Positions 35,766 through 47,828 of a stretch of DNA of 64,000 bases are shown here, piece by piece (position 1 is the first letter of the stretch; every line of letters starts with the position of its first letter). Made by a program: the position numbers and the translations under genes. Source of the stretch: Azolla caroliniana (lineage: Eukaryota > Plantae > Polypodiophyta); NCBI GenBank assembly GCA_043228905.1, contig JBHGNT010000018.1:2666001-2730000 (forward strand). The letters are read 5' to 3'. The notes beneath the pieces were generated by a model. The model was not told where the DNA came from. It saw nothing but the letters and a program-made list of their open reading frames with translations, and did no database searches.

Positions 35766-38619
35766 CATCTCACGAAAACGTTCTTCTTCTTTTTGTAAGA
35801 GGAAACCACCTCCACCGATCCGAAGTTTCTTCCGAGTCTCATCCGTGAAGACATGTCCGATATCCACGGACTTCCGAAGTGTCGGATCTCCCGAGACTTC
35901 TTTCCTCTTTTGTTCGCTATCGACGGGTAGTGGTCCCGCGGCCGGTTTCACCTTCTTCTCCACGGTCTTGTATTTCGTACTTACCATTGCTTCTTCTTTG
36001 CGGAGTGCATCCGGCCCCATTTTCGCAATGATCTCGTACATCTCGATCGATTCCACCGGAATTACCCGATTGCCATGGCTTGTATCTTCCGCGAGCTCTT
36101 CAAGCCGTTGTAGCGTGCTCCCATAGAACACTTCTTCAACTATTCCCATGATTTCTTCGTCTTCTTTTATTATTAATGCCAATTGTAACTTATCCTCCAC
36201 TTTTCGGTATTCTTTCTTCATTCCTCCGGTTACGACCATGTACGTGGATGCCCCATCCAGACTAATTCGTACTTGTTTTGCTCCGTAGTTTGTCTTTTTC
36301 TTTTCACGAGATCCACAAGAAGATCATGGAACTCTTTTTTTGCTATTCCGAGTAGTTCCCGAAGCGAAAAATCTACCCGGCTGTCGAGGATTCTCTCCTC
36401 GAACACTTTCTTTATGTCCGTCCGTTGCTCGATGTCCAAAGCGAGTTTGAATGTCGGAATCGTTTTTCCTTTCCCTCTTCCATCGGAGTTCCAGCTCTCC
36501 GGTGTCTTCGATGGTCCGGCCGCATCCTCCGTGCGTTGTCACTTCTCGTCCACATACACCTCATGTAATTGACATAGGGCGTATACGCTATTCTTATCGA
36601 TGGATCACTCCCATCCCGTAGCTTCCCGGATGCTTTCCGCGGTGCTTCGGATCTCGTTGGAGTCGGTTTTCTTGGTGTTTTCTAGCACTACCGGCCAAAA
36701 AGACACCTTTACTCCCGATGACTCCCCGACACATATTCCCGTGGTTGTCGCGTAATTGCTCTTCACCGCTATTTCCCCCTCTAGGACCTTCTTCATGCTG
36801 CCTTTTCGGAAATTCGGTCGGAGCGGCTTCTGAGAGTCCATCGAATGAATTCGATTTCCCTCGTAGTAGATAAGATCCCGTCGTAGCGCTTCCTTGTGCT
36901 CGTCACAATCCCTCCGATCATGTTCGGTGCTATCGCACCATATGCACGACGGTCCATATATTTGGAACTTGTGGGACGGTCATCCGACTTCTTCACCATC
37001 ACGATTTTTAGATTCTCCATCTCCTTCAGTAACTGCTCCACCATAGTTGCGTCGATTCCCTTCTCGGTCGTAGCTTCCTGAGCCCCCGGTTGATGGTCTT
37101 CCGATCCGGATCTCGGTTTCGGAATTGGTTTCGAAACCCTCTTTTCTTCGTTGGCAAGCCATTGTCCCCTCTTTGTGTATCGCACGACGATATCCCGCAT
37201 GCTTTCCCACGTTTCGGTGAGGCCACTCTCGGTAGTCATGTCCTCTAGAAGCACTCCAAGATCCTTCCAGTCCGGGACGTCTACGGCTCGTAAGAACATG
37301 ATAACTTTGTCCGATGCGAGGATAGCTTGATCTCTCGCAGAAAAACTCCCAAACCGACTTTCGAATGCCGAAAACACATCGAGGACCTTCATCCCCTTGT
37401 CCGGCGTTTCCACCCAATCCTCGAATCCTCTCCGCATTGCCTTGGAGGAGTCCTCGATAGCGAACACGGTGTTTAGCGCCTCTTCAAACGCTTCCCACGT
37501 CGGATTTTGTTGTCGTAGCCCATGGATACTTGCTTGAAGCCCAGTGGTAGCCACCCAGTTGAAGGATGTCACTTGCAATCCTACTGAAATCCCGCACCGT
37601 AGCATTTTCGCCTTGTAGTCTCGAAGATAGCGTGATACGTCCTTTCCGTTGAATTGCCCGCTGCGTTGCACGAGCCACTCTACTGCCGCCGCTATCTCCG
37701 ACATCGCATGTTGTTCTTGAAGCATCCGCTTGAACATCATCATCATGTTGTTAGCCTCCGGTTGATTTTCCATCTCCTTGCCACCTGTCTTCACGTCGGG
37801 TTCACCAAATGTATCGTGCCTTTCGGCGTCAGATCGTTGCGTGAGTCGGGCGGGAACGACTGAGGTTTTGGACTAGGAGAAAAGAAAATTCCAAGGCAAT
37901 TAAGAATATGAAATATATTGTAAGAAAGAAAGATATGAAAAACTCGTGAATCCCACGAGTATAGTGTATTAGTGAGTACTCAGATTAAGAGAGAAAAATA
38001 GTTAGCAAATTCGTGAATCCCATGAATATATTATATTAATCAACCCTTGTAAAATAATCAACAACCACTATACATCTTTCACTCTTCCTTATATAGTGTT
38101 GGAAGAGTCTAAGTTTATCACATGCAAGCATCATGCTTTTCCTAATTTTAGTTTTCATGCACACTACATGTGCATGATTAGCTTTCTATCCCATCTTTTC
38201 TTTTAACTCGAGTGTGTATGCTTGAATAACTTTTTGTACCATGCATATCTAGAACATTTACATGGGATAAAGTATAGTGTAACTTTAAAATTCATAATAT
38301 GCTAGTATAGTGGTAAGGCTTAAATATCGTTAACATGGAGGTATAGGGTTCAAATCTTGCCCTATGCATGTAACGATCTCTTCTTCTATTTACAAATTTG
38401 TGTCTTCATTCGGTGAGAGACTCTCACCGGCCTTCTTTATCCGGCTCTTGCCGATTCTGCTCTATCTGGTTCTTACCGGGTCTCCTTACAAGTTCCTCCT
38501 TGCTGATTCCATCCTTGATCCGGTTCTCATTGGTTTCTCCTTACCGGTTCCTCCTTGCCGGTTCTATCCGGAGGGACAAAAATGCAATTTTCACGTAGTA
38601 TGCGAATTACACTACGACA

Positions 38620-40200
38620 ACGTCATGTGGTTTGACGCCCCGGAGTCGACGTACCACACCTCGTTCGATTTCGGGGTGGACATCTTCATCGAGTTTGCTT
38701 CGTGTCTCGTCACGAAGGCTGACCTGACCTTTTTCCGGCTTTTCCGAACCCTTCGGCGTAGTGCGATCGCTGCCGATTTCCTTTGTTGGTCTGTTCGGAA
38801 CCTAATCCCGATCCGGTCCTCTCCAAATTAGCGCGCTTCTTCTAGCATTCGCTCTCCTTGTCGCCTTTTTTTCCACAGTACCAGCATTCCGCGATAAATT
38901 TCCCTTGCCGATTCTCATCGCCTCGACTCCCCCTATTTCCAGAGGGTCCAGAATTGTTGTCGGCATCACTTCGGTGCCTTCTTCCTTTATCCCGTCGGCC
39001 GCCTCCATTGCGCACCGACTCGCCTCGTCCGCCACGACCACGGGGCCTATCTCCCTCCGTGTACAACATCTTGTTGTCGGCATGCATGCTCGCCGACACA
39101 CCCATGTGGTTCTCCTCTATAAGGAGCATCGACTGTAACTTAAAAAACGATGGTATATTCTCTCATGTACACACAACAGTTCGGAACGCTCCGAACTTCG
39201 ACGCTAGTCCCGCGAGATAGATCTGCACCATCTCGCCTTCCTCGACATTTACATCGATGGAGGCTAAGGAGTTGCATATATCTTTGATCTTCGAGGTGTA
39301 ATCAACCATCGAAAAATCGCGTTGTCATAGGTTGCTCAGCTCTTGTCGGAGTTGAAGCTTTCTGGCTGTAGTGCTTGCGGCGAAAATCTTCTTCAGATTT
39401 CCCCAAGCATCTTTCGACGTTTTTGCATCCCAAATGTAGCTTAGGAGTTGTTCGCCCACACCAGACGCGAAGTAGTACAATACTCTACTCGCCGATTGTT
39501 ACCACGCCGGGAAATCTCTATGTCGATTCGGGTGCTGTGTCATTTGCTCCGTCGACATAGCTCCAGTAACCGTGCCCGAGCAGGTACTAGTGCATCTTGT
39601 AGGACCAAAACGCGTAGTTGTTTCTGTCGAGCTTCTCAGTAGGAAGCGAGCTAGCCATGCCTCTATCCATTTTGTTTTTCCTGTTCTTCTTGGTTAGTTT
39701 TGTTTCAAGCTATGTTGGCTGCAGAGGTTCTCAACCCTCACGCTCTGATACCATGAAAAAGATGATGTGCGGAAGCAATAGAAAACTGAACACAGAAAAT
39801 ACTCAGGTTTAATGGAGAGCTTGAATATACACAGTACATGGGAGAGACAGAGAGAGAGAACACACAGAAAACTAAATTCAAAAATAATACTCAATCTGTA
39901 CATAGAATGTGCTCAGTGAGCACTTTTATACAAGTCCATACGGACTGACAGAAGTACTGACACGTACTTCAATGCTCATAACTGAGCTCTACGCTAACTC
40001 CCAAAATATATTCCTACGCGGAATATCTTTCCAACGGCCTCGCGGTTTACGCACCGCTACGACTTCTCGTTACGCACCGGTTTGCGTACCAGTTTACGCA
40101 CCTGTTTTACGCACCAATCTGGCCTAACCGATCGGCCCCAACCGATCTGGTTCTCGGCTTGCACAACCGATCCGACCAATGTTGAGCTTGTATCTCAACA
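38620..40200 (-). mobile_element. Ty1/copia 5' fragment (5' LTR, PBS, gag, protease start)
   Basis: LTR 39754-40200; iMet PBS TGGTATCAGAGCG 39741-39753; gag start MASSLPTEKLDRNNY; knuckle CWYCGKKGDKESEC; protease VWYVDSGASNHMT at the junction. Confidence 0.9.
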
Positions 40201-40689
40201 GCTTGAATGTGGTGCGGGGCTGGGCTCACGACCTCGACGGTGCGTATGTGACGATGCTTCTAGAAGGTGAAGTTTTTGTTGCACTCGCGTGCACCTGTCT
40301 TTCCTTTCTGCCAAAGTGGCTTCAATATCTCGGGTGATGATTTTCGGTTGTCCCTCTTTCGCGAGTTGCATTGTCCATATATTGATTTCTTGTTCTATCA
40401 CACGTAACTCCTGCACGACATCCCGTATGTGTCGCTCTATGCTGAGCGGGTCTGCCATTGGACTCTCCTATAGTGGGGGTGTGTTGAGAGGTGCTTTAGT
40501 TGTTGGGCTCAATGGGAGGTTCATGTTTGGTAGCATCCCCGGGGTTAACCACCCTCCCTGGTATCGAGTCAGGTTAGATGGGTTAGCACCGTGTGTTTGG
40601 TTAGTTTGTGTGGACTCCTCCTGGCGTGTGGGTCGGGTTTTGAACATCTTCGTCCATGAGGATCCGGCCATGTTCTCTTGTCAAGCTTT

Positions 40690-41175
40690 GCGGGTTCATC
40701 GAACTTTGTAGGTTTGGCAAACTTTGATTTTTCGTTGAAAGATGCTCCCCTTATCGAACTCTAATCTTTCGACGAAGGATGATCTTTTGTCGAAAGATGG
40801 TCTCTTGTTGAACTTGATCTTTCATCGAAAGATGTGGGTTTGGCAAACTTTGATCTTTCGTCAAAGGATGTGGGTTCGTCAAAAGATGATCTTTCATCAA
40901 ACTTTGTGGGTTTGGCAAACTTTGATCTTTTGTCGAAAGATTTGGGTTCGTCGAACTTTGAGGGTTTGGCAAACTTTGACCTTTTGTCGAAAGATGTGGG
41001 TTCGTCGAACTTTGAGGGATTGGCAAACTTTGACCTTTCGTCGAAAGATGTGGTTTCGTCGAAGGATGTGGGTTCACCGAACTTTGATCGTTCGTCAGAG
41101 GATGTGGGTTCATTGAACTTTGATCTTTCGTCGAGGGATGTTCTCTTGTTGAACTTGATCTTTCGACGAACTCTG
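40690..41175. repeat. Minisatellite (54-bp units built from ~18-bp subunits) in the 5' leader of the outer element
   Basis: GGTTTGGCAAACTTTGATCTTTTGTCGAAAGATGTGGGTTCGTCGAACTTTGAG repeated with variants. Confidence 0.88.
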
Positions 41176-41456
41176 AGTGGGAAATTTGAATGTTTTTGGC
41201 GCCAACGGCTGTTTCGTGTCCCATAGGATGATCAAAATCAGCGAGAATTGCGGTGATCACTTTTGCCCTGTAACGGCAAAATCTCAACAATGCTTAGCGC
41301 TAACTTGATGAATAGCTTGCTAATGTCTGGGCGATTAAAGGGGGGAAAATTAAAACTAAAAAAATAGAAAGTGGGTTTCCTTTCGAGTTCTTCCCTCGTT
41401 AAGTGGGTTGCCTACAAGTGTTTGATCACTCAAAGTCGGCTTCAAGCGTCTGTCGT

Positions 41457-41475
41457 ATCCCTGGCAGCGATGCCA
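41457..41475 (-). other. tRNA-Asp-like PBS of the outer element
   Basis: TGGCATCGCTGCCAGGGAT matches the Athila-type TGGCGCCGTTGCCGGGGAT at 15/19 positions. Confidence 0.7.
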
Positions 41476-41481
41476 AATAGA

Positions 41482-42073
41482 TGTGTAGGATCTATGTATC
41501 GATGGAGTTAACTCCTCGATGTCATTTGCGGAGTTCGGACCGGCATATACCCTTTTGATGGTGAATCAGGCGGAGATGATTGTTGGACACCTTCAAACCT
41601 CACACTCACTTAACGATTAACAAGTGATTAAGCACGATATCTCTCTCACTCTCTCAAGCTCGCTCTCATAGGCAATAGGGTAATGAAGATAGACAATAAG
41701 AGTAATGAATATGTTTATTAACCCTCTTTGCTAAGAGGTATAGCACCAACAAGGAAGAGATATTAGTGTTCTCTAACCAAACACCTTACTAATCTCTCTT
41801 AAGCTTAAAGGTTATAAGAAGGAGGAGAGGAAGCTCTAGCTCTTAATCAATAGGGAGATCTTTACAAATGGAAGAACCCTTACAAAGCCACCACCATGTC
41901 GTTTATATAGCATTTACATTTAGGGTATGGACCTTTCATACTTGGATGTCCCTTAGCCCTCTTTTCTCTTGCCATTCCCTCTTCGTAGGTCCTTTAGTCA
42001 TACTACGTCCTTGTTGATGCACTCTTCTTCATTACCGGTCGTGGTGCGATCCAAGCGCTTAACAAGTACTACA
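41482..42073 (-). mobile_element. 5' LTR of the outer element (outer boundary approximate)
   Basis: CA end adjacent to the PBS; TGTAGT start at 42073; TATA-like CTATATAAA at ~41902-41910 on the - strand. Confidence 0.65.
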
Positions 42074-42570
42074 TTGCAAATGTCAACCTTGATTGTTGGT
42101 CTCAATATAAAGCAAGAATGCCTATTGATCGTATCCAACCTTATCTCATTACCAATATGGGTAGTAATGCTCGTAGAGCCCTTACACTACATCACACTCG
42201 ATCTCACAAGTTAGGTATTGAAGTTGCATCATGGTATCAAAATGTAATGAATTTGATGGCATGTAAAGTATGCAATGAAGGTATGGTAGAGGATGAATGT
42301 CACTTGCTCTTCAATGCTCGACATATAGTGCAATTCGTTCAAGATATGCATACATACTACGAGGGAGTGATAACTTAAGTGCCATGCTTAAGACACCATC
42401 TAGAAGTTTGAGCTCATATGTGTATGCGTTATTCACGCATAGAGACTTTGTGCTTCAATGTATGAATATCCCTTCTTAGGAAGGAGACACATATCAAGAA
42501 CACATGTATACTCTAGTCCCATAGGTCAAATTTGGCCTCTTTATGGATGATAAAATTTCTAATTCTAATT
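42074..42570 (+). mobile_element. 3' end fragment of a non-LTR retrotransposon (LINE, RTE/RTEX-like)
   Basis: RSHKLGIEVASW...CKVCNEGMVEDECHLL(fs)QCSTYSAIRSRY C-terminal CCHC domain; short (TTCTAA)n tail at ~42556-42570. Confidence 0.7.
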
Positions 42571-44154
42571 ATTCATGCATGTGCTTCTTTTATTTTCTAT
42601 TTAAGCATTTTGGTATTTATACATTGAATATATCTAACCAATTTCATGATACCTTGTGCATACATCTTCAATCATAAAGAAGGGAGACATATGCCAAAGA
42701 GAACCATAGCACATCACCTTCTCAATAATTGATAGGTACTATAAGTTTCTACAATAGACAAGTCCATAAGAGTTAAGTCACCATAACTCTTGACACAATT
42801 CCCATTTAATTTTTTCTAAAATTAAACACATGAATGTGCTTGCTCTACTATATGGAGAAATTCTTGAGCAACTTCTCATATTCTTCTATTTCTTTGAATA
42901 AGTCTTTTATACTTATACAAATTCTTTTGATAATTTTCCTTATCTTTGACTATATCCAAACTCATACAACCCTTTCAAGCTTCAAGGCATTCCGTATCAA
43001 ACCATTTTTTCTTTGGATTATGTTTCTCGATGCCTTTGCAAATTACATGTTTGGCTGAAAAACATTTCGTATGTGTATAAGAAAATGACTTTCCCATTTG
43101 CATTCCAGTGTGTGACCATGTTGTATCTTTGTCATTTGTAGCATATCCTCAACCATCTTGGAATATATGGGTACTCATTTAAGGCTTACGCCTAAATACA
43201 ATTATTTATTATCTTAAATGGTCTCCTCACACAAACCTCTTTCTACATACAATTATTTATTATCTTTAATGGCGTCCTCACACTCAAACCTTTTTCTACA
43301 TTTGAGGTCAATAAATAAATACCTATGACTAAATTCCCATGTCCATTCACAAGGTGAGAAAAAATGTATATGATCCAAAATACCTTAAAAAAGTAACATA
43401 TAGTCAATTACCTATTTTCATTGTATTTTTGTACGTGTAAAACCATTATTGTAAGGTTATAAGAATACACCGTAATTTGCAATAAACACTCCATTACTAT
43501 TGCACATTTGTAGGAGTAACTTCCTAAATTGATCCATATCTTTTTCATCAATAAAGGGGAGACTATACATATCGCACACTTGAGATATTTGGCATTAAAG
43601 ATTGTCGTACGTAAAGTTGCAAACTTCATGTCACCAAATACAATAACTTCCCCCTTGGTTTTGGAATAAAAATATCAACTTCTAGATTAGCAAAGGGTTG
43701 GTCTTTATTCAAACAAGCATAAATATTGGAATCTTGATGAGGAATATAACATCTAACTACAAAATTGGCATATAAATTGTTGTTTTTGTTTTGATATATG
43801 TAACATTTATGTTTGTCATATTTGATGATCAACACATATTTATCTGATTCCCTCTTAATGAAACATTCCACTAATTGTTCTCTTCATTGTCTTGGATTTT
43901 TGACCTATATCAAGGAGTGTACATAATAATTGGTTATACCTTAAATCCTTTAAGTATCATACTCTCATGTTTCATCAAGAAGTATGATATCTGATTTATT
44001 AGATAACTCCTCTATGTTAAATCATACATGTCATGGGTATCCATTACAATTCCAAAAGCATAATTATAGATGTCATGAATTAGTTACATACATCATGTGT
44101 CCCTATTTACTAAGTGCTTCCTTGACTTTATTTTTCAATGTTGTGAGAGAAAGG

Positions 44155-44375
44155 GAGATTTTACTATTGTTGCGAGAGGTCATATAGGACTTATCGAACC
44201 AAATATACAATATTTTCATCTAGGATGTGTGGAGTTGAGAAGTGACTCTTAATTCATGCAATGATTGGGTTTGGTCAACGATGTGTGGATAACCTAGTTG
44301 AATATGGTCAAAGGTAGAGGGCATTGTATCAAAGTGTGATACAACTCCTAAACTTGTATAGGGAGAAGTGTGACA
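44155..44375 (+). repeat. Diverged ~250-bp local dispersed repeat (other copies ~45030-45300 and ~48235-48495)
   Basis: Shared blocks GAGGTCA(A/T)ATA(T/G)GAC, CATTGTATCAAAGT(G/A)TGATA and AA(C/G)TTGT(T/A)TAGGG in the same order in all three copies. Confidence 0.7.
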
Positions 44376-44990
44376 ACTTGTCTCACTATTCAAATCGTGG
44401 TGAAAATCTTATGTAAGCGCAATTGGTTTAGATGGTAGACAACTTGATGGCCTCTAACATGTATCGACCTGTGCAATTTCCCCATTGGATGAAGAATATG
44501 GTTTTGTGGTTAGGTGCAAAATATGTAGTATATTGTATGAAGCATGGCGTGAATCTCCATTTTTTTCATATGTCATAATACAAAGGCATATTGCCAAAAA
44601 GATCTCACCTATAAAGGAATCAATGGTCAAGTTGCCTATTACCAATGCGGGTCTTAGACGCCCTCTTGATTTGCTGCGTCACTTTCCAATCAAGCAGAGC
44701 TTCCCTATCTCTCTCTTTCTCTCCCCCTTCCCTTTCGTTTGAGTTCTCTTCACCATTTTATATGATGAAGGAGGCTTTCTTCTCAAATAAAAGTATGTGC
44801 TTTTTTATTTTAGCACATGCATGCTTTTTATTTCCTAAATAATAATAAAGTCACAAAATGTCTTTCTCTTCACACTTGATCTATCAATCAAACTTTTTAA
44901 TAGTCGTAGTTTAACGAAATTCCTCCTATGCAAACGGGAAAGAATCGGATGGATGGATTCTATGCAACGAAAGAATTGTGTGTCTGTATG

Positions 44991-44992
<2 letters not shown>

Positions 44993-45031
<39 letters not shown>
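44993..45031. repeat. (GA)n microsatellite
   Basis: Direct reading. Confidence 0.95.
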
Positions 45032-45036
<5 letters not shown>

Positions 45037-45294
45037 ATTATCGTCTTCAGAGGTCAAATATGACCTATGAGACCAAAAATATTACATTTCACATGATACG
45101 TGTGAAGGTGAGTAGCGACTCTCGATGTTCAAGAACTTTACCAATGAATGTTACATCATGGTTGTGAGAGAAATTCGTGCAAGGATTGGGCTTGATCGAA
45201 GAGATGTGGAAAGCATGGTCGAATATGATCAAAGGCAGAGCATTGTATCAAAGTGTGATACTCAAACTCTCAAACTTGTTTAGGGCAAAGTGTG

Positions 45295-47828
45295 CATATA
45301 TGCGTTGTCTGGACCAGAGCTGAAGGCCCTTTGTGTGTATCTCGATGAGAACCTCGAGAAAGGATTTATTCAACCTTCTAAGTTGTCGGCTGGGGCCCCC
45401 ATTTTATTCGTGAAGAAGAAGGACGACTCTCTACGCTTACGCGTCGACTACCGAGGTTTCAACAAACTCATTGTGCGCAACCGTCATCCACTCCCTTTGA
45501 TCCCCGAACTCCTTGATCGACTCCGAGTTGCACGTGTCTTCTCCAAAGTTGATATGTGTGGAGCGTACAATCAAGTACACATCAAGCCGGGGGACAAATG
45601 GAAAACCACATTTCGAACATGGTATGGGCATTTCGAATAAAAGGTAATGCCTTTTGGTCTTACTAATGCCCCAACAGTTTCTCAACATATGATGAACGAT
45701 ATATTCTGAGAATATCTCGATCATTTTGTTGTCATTTACCTCGATGATATTCTCATTTTCTCCCCAAACATGGAGGAGCACACTCGCAAAGTCTGATTAG
45801 TTCTTACCAAACTTCGCGAGCATGGCCTTTATGCCAAAGGCGAGAAATGCGAGTTCAATCGTACCTTGATCGAATTTCTGGTCTACATCATCTCGCCCAC
45901 TGGCACCACCATGGTTATGAAGAAGGTCTTTATCATTCGGATGTGGGTGACTCCAAGGCGACTTAAAGATGTGCAATCCTTCCTCGGCTTCACGAATTTT
46001 TACCCACTTCATCAAGGGGTTTTCCACCCTAGCACAACCTCTTATCGCCTTCACCCGTAAAGGTACTCCTTTTTTATGGACCTCGGAGGCACAAAATGTG
46101 TTCGACTCACTCAAACACGCATTCATCACTGCCTCGGTGTTGCTACATGCCGACCCCACAAAACCCTTCCAAGTCGAAACCGATGCCTCTGACTTCGCCA
46201 TTGGCACCATCTTATCCCAGGCAGACGACACCAACCTAATGCACCCAGTGGCTTACTACTCCCGAAAATTCACGGCCTCTGAAATCAATTATCCCATATA
46301 CAACAAGGAGCTTGCTGCTATCATTGTTGCCTTTGAGGAATGGCGACCCTACTTGGCCGGCGCACAACATCGTTTCCAGGTAGTGAGTGATCATAAAAAT
46401 TTAGTTTATTTTTCCACCACTCGTACTTTGAATCGAAGGCAGGCCTGTTGGTCGACATTTCTCGCTGACTACGATTTTGAGATCGTATTTCAACCTGGTG
46501 GCCAACATGGGAAGGCCGATGCCCTTTCTCATCGAGCTGACCTTGCACTCCGCCCTGGGGATGCTGCTTATGCTCAACAATCTAGACGTTTGCTGAAACC
46601 CGACCAATTGCATCTTTTTGCCACTTGTATGTTGCAGGATGATTCATTACTCCAACAGATCACTGATGCATCCACAACCAATGTGTTCGCCAACAAGATT
46701 CGAGATAGTCTACAAAACCCCTCCAGGCGACCCAAAGGAAGGATCTTGACACCTTCACCATACAAGAGGGTTTGCTATTCCGAGATCATCTCTTATACGT
46801 CCAGAGGGCCCATGTCGCACCCGGGTGTTGTGGGAATGCCACGATGACCCACTTACAAGTAATTTTGGGGTCGCAAAAACCCTCAAGCTAATCTCTCAGG
46901 GGTACTGGTGGCCACAACCATGGAAGTTGGTCAAAGAATACATCAAGAGTGTGAGGTTTGTGCTCACTCCAAATCCGCTCATCATCGGCCATACGACTTA
47001 CTCCAATCGCTTCCATGCCCCCGTCGTCACATGTTACGCCGACACATATCTACTACTCGTCCATGTGCGAAACTTGATTACAAGAAGTTGGGACCATTTC
47101 GTATCATCAAGTGCATCAATCCTGTCGCCTTCCGGCTCACCCTTCCATCCCACTTCCGAATTCACGATGTTTTTCATGTCTCCCTCCTCGAACCCCATTA
47201 TGCTTCGCAACTCCCAGGACGTCAAGCCCCACCACCACCACCTGTGCAATTGACAACAGGGGAGGAATACGAGGTCGACCAAATCCTTGACTCGTGTTGG
47301 CACCGTCAACACTTGCAATACCTCGTCTTGTGGAGGGGTTACCCCATGTCTGACACCATGTGGGAACCATCAGAAAATTTACAAAATGCCCCGGAGGTGG
47401 TCCAAGATTTTCATCACCGATATCCCCACAAACCGACGGTCGATTTGGGAAGGTGGCGTAGGAGGGGGGATAATGTTAAAATTCAAACTCTTGACATGAC
47501 CATGTTATAATAAAGTATTATGGGTTAACCAACATATATAGTATACAATTATATGTATAATTGGTCCTTGTTGTTTTGGTTAGCATCATGTGCATAGTTG
47601 TTCCCTTGTAGTATTTACACTTGACACATGCATGCATACCTACATGCTCTATTGTAGATTCACATGCGTGCAACAAGTATGCATGTCGTGTAGTATAAAT
47701 AGTTGAGTTCACCTAAGTTGAAGGAATTCAAGGTGAACAACACCAGCTACAGAGTCTTTCAGTTAATACTATTCATCCATTTGGTTATCTTCTTTCTTGT
47801 CTCTTAACCTTATGATCTATCCGTGACA
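45295..47828 (+). mobile_element. 5'-truncated degenerate chromovirus (Tcn1-like): RT, RNase H, deleted integrase, chromodomain, 3' LTR
   Basis: YLDDILIFS, VETDASDFAIG, HPVAYYSRKF, LGPF; chromodomain EYEVDQILDS...YLVLWRGYPMSDTMWEP; PPT AGGAGGGGGGATAA 47460-47473; LTR from 47474 (TG) to about 47828 (CA). Confidence 0.88.

Larger units (their letters stand above)
31267..38619 (-). mobile_element. Element C: degenerate, probably recombinant Ty3/gypsy element of the tRNA-Trp lineage
   Basis: 808-bp LTRs at 31267-32074 and 37812-38619; PBS 37790-37807; PPT from 32075; gag 36230-37794, RT/RH/INT 32233-36239; protease region deleted; flanks GCGT and ACGT lie in different host elements. Confidence 0.9.
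880..42073 (-). mobile_element. Outer host element: degenerate non-chromovirus Ty3/gypsy (Athila/Tat-like) LTR retrotransposon, split by nested insertions; extends to the left edge and its 3' LTR lies outside the window
   Basis: Pieces in gypsy order on the - strand: 5' LTR ~41482-42073, PBS 41457-41475, gag ~40201-40671 and ~30975-31262, protease AIIDTGARVS (30316-30978), RT (28951-30191; DGFSGYNQI, MPFGL, YVDN), RNase H (DASAFAIGAVL, joining 14134-13787 EQNYSTTEREAL), integrase (13239-13700 WGIDFIGP, joining 2807-2076 GPY). The pol reading frame rejoins across the TSDs of elements A and B. Confidence 0.85.

Noticed and set aside
40742-41290. Repeat-protein ORFs
   Set aside because: Translations of the 18/54-bp minisatellite in the 5' leader.
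42600-44150. Possible decayed DNA transposon or host exons in AT-rich sequence
   Set aside because: No TIRs, catalytic motifs or consistent frame could be supported by eye.
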